From Haliotis cracherodii (lineage: Eukaryota), in the NCBI RefSeq assembly GCF_022045235.1, contig NW_027266271.1, positions 16,368,001-16,432,000 on the forward strand: a stretch of 64,000 bases of DNA, written 5' to 3'. The stretch's first letter is position 1; every line of letters begins with the position of its first letter. Under the pieces are notes generated by a model that saw only the letters and a program-made list of their open reading frames with translations, was not told where the DNA came from and made no database searches. Position numbers and translations under genes: made by a program. This document shows positions 61,247 to 64,000 of the stretch, piece by piece.

Positions 61247-64000
61247 CCAAGAGCACCTCGACGTTGACATCTACACCCAAGAGCGCCTCGACGTTGACAC
61301 CTACACCCAAGAGCAGCTCGACGTTGACACCTATACCCAAGAGCACCTCGACGTTGACACCTACACCCAAGATCACCTCGACGTTAACACCTACACCCAA
61401 GAGCAACTCGACGTTGATACCTATACCCAAGAGCACCTCGACGTTGACACCTACACCCAAGATCACCTCGACGTTAACACCTACACCCAAGAGCACCTCG
61501 ACGTTGACACCTACACCCAAGAGCAGCTAGACGTTGAAACCTACACCCAAGAGCGCCTCGACATTGACATCTACACCCAAGAGCACCTCGACGTTGACAC
61601 CTACACCCAAGAGCGCCTCGACGTTGACATCTACACCCAAGAGCACCTCGACGTTGACACATACACCCAAGAGCGCCTCGACGTTGATACCTATACCCAA
61701 GAGTACCTCGACGTTGACACCTATACCTAAGAGCACCTTGAAGATAATACTACTCTACAAGAGAACATCGACGTTAACACCTACACCCAAGAGCACCTCG
61801 ACGTTGACACCTACACCCAAGAGCAGCTAGACGTTGACACCTACACCCAAGAGCGCCTCGACATTGACATCTACACCCAAGAGCACCTCGACGTTGACAC
61901 CTACACCCAAGAGCGCCTCGACGTTGACATCTACACCCAAGAGCACCTCGACGTTGACACCTACACCCAAGAGCGCCTCGACGTTGATACCTATACCCAA
62001 GAGTACCTCGACGTTGACACCTATACCTAAGAGCACCTTGAAGATAATACTACTCTACAAGAGAACATCGACGTTGATACCTATACCCAAGAGCACCTCG
62101 ACGTTGACACCTACACCTAAGAGCGCCTCGACGTTGACACCTACACCTAAGAGCGCCTCGACGTTGATACCTATACCCAAGAGCACCTCGACGTTGACAC
62201 CTACACCTAAGAGCGCCTCGACGTTGACACCTACACCTAAGAGCGCCTCGAGGTTGACACCTACACCAAAGGGTAGCTCGACGTTGACACCTACACTCAA
62301 GAGCACCTCGACGTTGACACATACACCCAAGAGCGCCTCGACGTTGATACCTATACCCAAGAGTACCTCGACGTTGACACCTATACCCAAGAGCGCCTCG
62401 ACGTTGACACCTACACCCAAGAGCAGCTCGACGTTGACACCTATACCCAAGAGCACCTCGACGTTGACACCTACACCCAAGATCACCTCGACGTTAACAC
62501 CTACACCCAAGAGCAACTCGACGTTGATACCTATACCCAAGAGCACCTCGACGTTGACACCTACACCCAAGATCACCTCGACGTTAACACCTACACCCAA
62601 GAGCACCTCGACGTTGACACCTACACCCAAGAGCAGCTAGACGTTGAAACCTACACCCAAGAGCGCCTCGACATTGACATCTACACCCAAGAGCACCTCG
62701 ACGTTGACACCTACACCCAAGAGCGCCTCGACGTTGACATCTACACCCAAGAGCACCTCGACGTTGACACATACACCCAAGAGCGCCTCGACGTTGATAC
62801 CTATACCCAAGAGTACCTCGACGTTGACACCTATACCTAAGAGCACCTTGAAGATAATACTACTCTACAAGAGAACATCGACGTTAACACCTACACCCAA
62901 GAGCACCTCGACGTTGACACCTACACCCAAGAGCAGCTAGACGTTGACACCTACACCCAAGAGCGCCTCGACATTGACATCTACACCCAAGAGCACCTCG
63001 ACGTTGACACCTACACCCAAGAGCGCCTCGACGTTGACATCTACACCCAAGAGCACCTCGACGTTGACACCTACACCCAAGAGCGCCTCGACGTTGATAC
63101 CTATACCCAAGAGTACCTCGACGTTGACACCTATACCTAAGAGCACCTTGAAGATAATACTACTCTACAAGAGAACATCGACGTTGACACCTATACCCAA
63201 GAGCACCTCGACGTTGACACCTACACCTAAGAGCGCCTCGACGTTGACACCTACACCTAAGAGCGCCTCGACGTTGATACCTATACCCAAGAGCACCTCG
63301 ACGTTGACACCTACACCTAAGAGCGCCTCGACGTTGACACCTACACCTAAGAGCGCCTCGAGGTTGACACCTACACCAAAGGGTAGCTCGACGTTGACAC
63401 CTACACTCAAGAGCACCTCGACGTTGACACATACACCCAAGAGCGCCTCGACGTTGATACCTATACCCAAGAGTACCTCGACGTTGACACCTATACCTAA
63501 GAGCACCTTGAAGATAATACTACTCTACAAGAGAACATCGACGTTGACACCTACACCCAAGAGCTTCTCGACGTTGACACCTATACCAAGAGCACCTCGA
63601 CGTTGACACCTACACCCAAGAACACATCGACGTTTACACCTACAGCCAAGAGCACCTCGACGTTTACACCTACACCAAAGAGCGCCTCGACGTTGACACC
63701 TACACCTAAGAGCGCCTCGACGTTGATACCTATACCCAAGAGCACCTCGACGTTGACACCTACACCTAAGAGCGCCTCGACGTTGACACCTACACCTAAG
63801 AGCGCCTCGAGGTTGACACCTACACCAAAGGGTAGCTCGACGTTGACACCTACACTCAAGAGCACCTCGACGTTGACACATACACCCAAGAGCGCCTCGA
63901 CGTTGATACCTATACCCAAGAGTACCTCGACGTTGACACCTATACCTAAGAGCACCTTGAAGATAATACTACTCTACAAGAGAACATCGACGTTGACACC
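61247..64000. repeat. 30-bp satellite ACGTTGACACCTACACCCAAGAGCACCTCG with higher-order structure
   Basis: About 90 units, runs off window edge. Confidence 0.97.

Noticed and set aside
61074-63955. Long ORFs with TPTPKS / LLGVGVNVE / DVDTYTQE repeats
   Set aside because: Translations of a 30-bp intronic satellite, open in several frames on both strands because the unit is a multiple of 3.

Overview
Eukaryotic, repeat-rich invertebrate DNA, most likely molluscan; the SINE repertoire looks abalone (Haliotis)-like, which is recall rather than a search result. The window holds two tandem, head-to-tail, minus-strand paralogous genes, each encoding an N-terminal myosin motor fused to a family-2 chitin synthase. 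Gene A: I reconstructed 31 phase-consistent coding exons from ATG 34303, running off the left edge inside the catalytic last exon (about 1847 codons in the window). Gene B: 23 exons from 60869 to the stop at 40374 (about 2060 codons); its N-terminus lies beyond 64000. Exon boundaries and phases are conserved between the paralogs, but identity is mosaic, with near-identical patches that extend into introns. Introns and the intergenic region contain four SINE-like families sharing one 3' tail (three with tRNA-derived heads), several MITE families, decayed LINE and Penelope fragments, several satellites (93, 55, 30, 23 and 15 bp units) and two N gaps. The most unusual object is a 399-bp miniature LTR retroelement (26087-26485) whose LTRs each embed a tRNA-Arg(UCG)-derived Pol III cassette, with a tRNA-Lys PBS, a PPT and a 4-bp TSD. 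All coordinates were read by eye.
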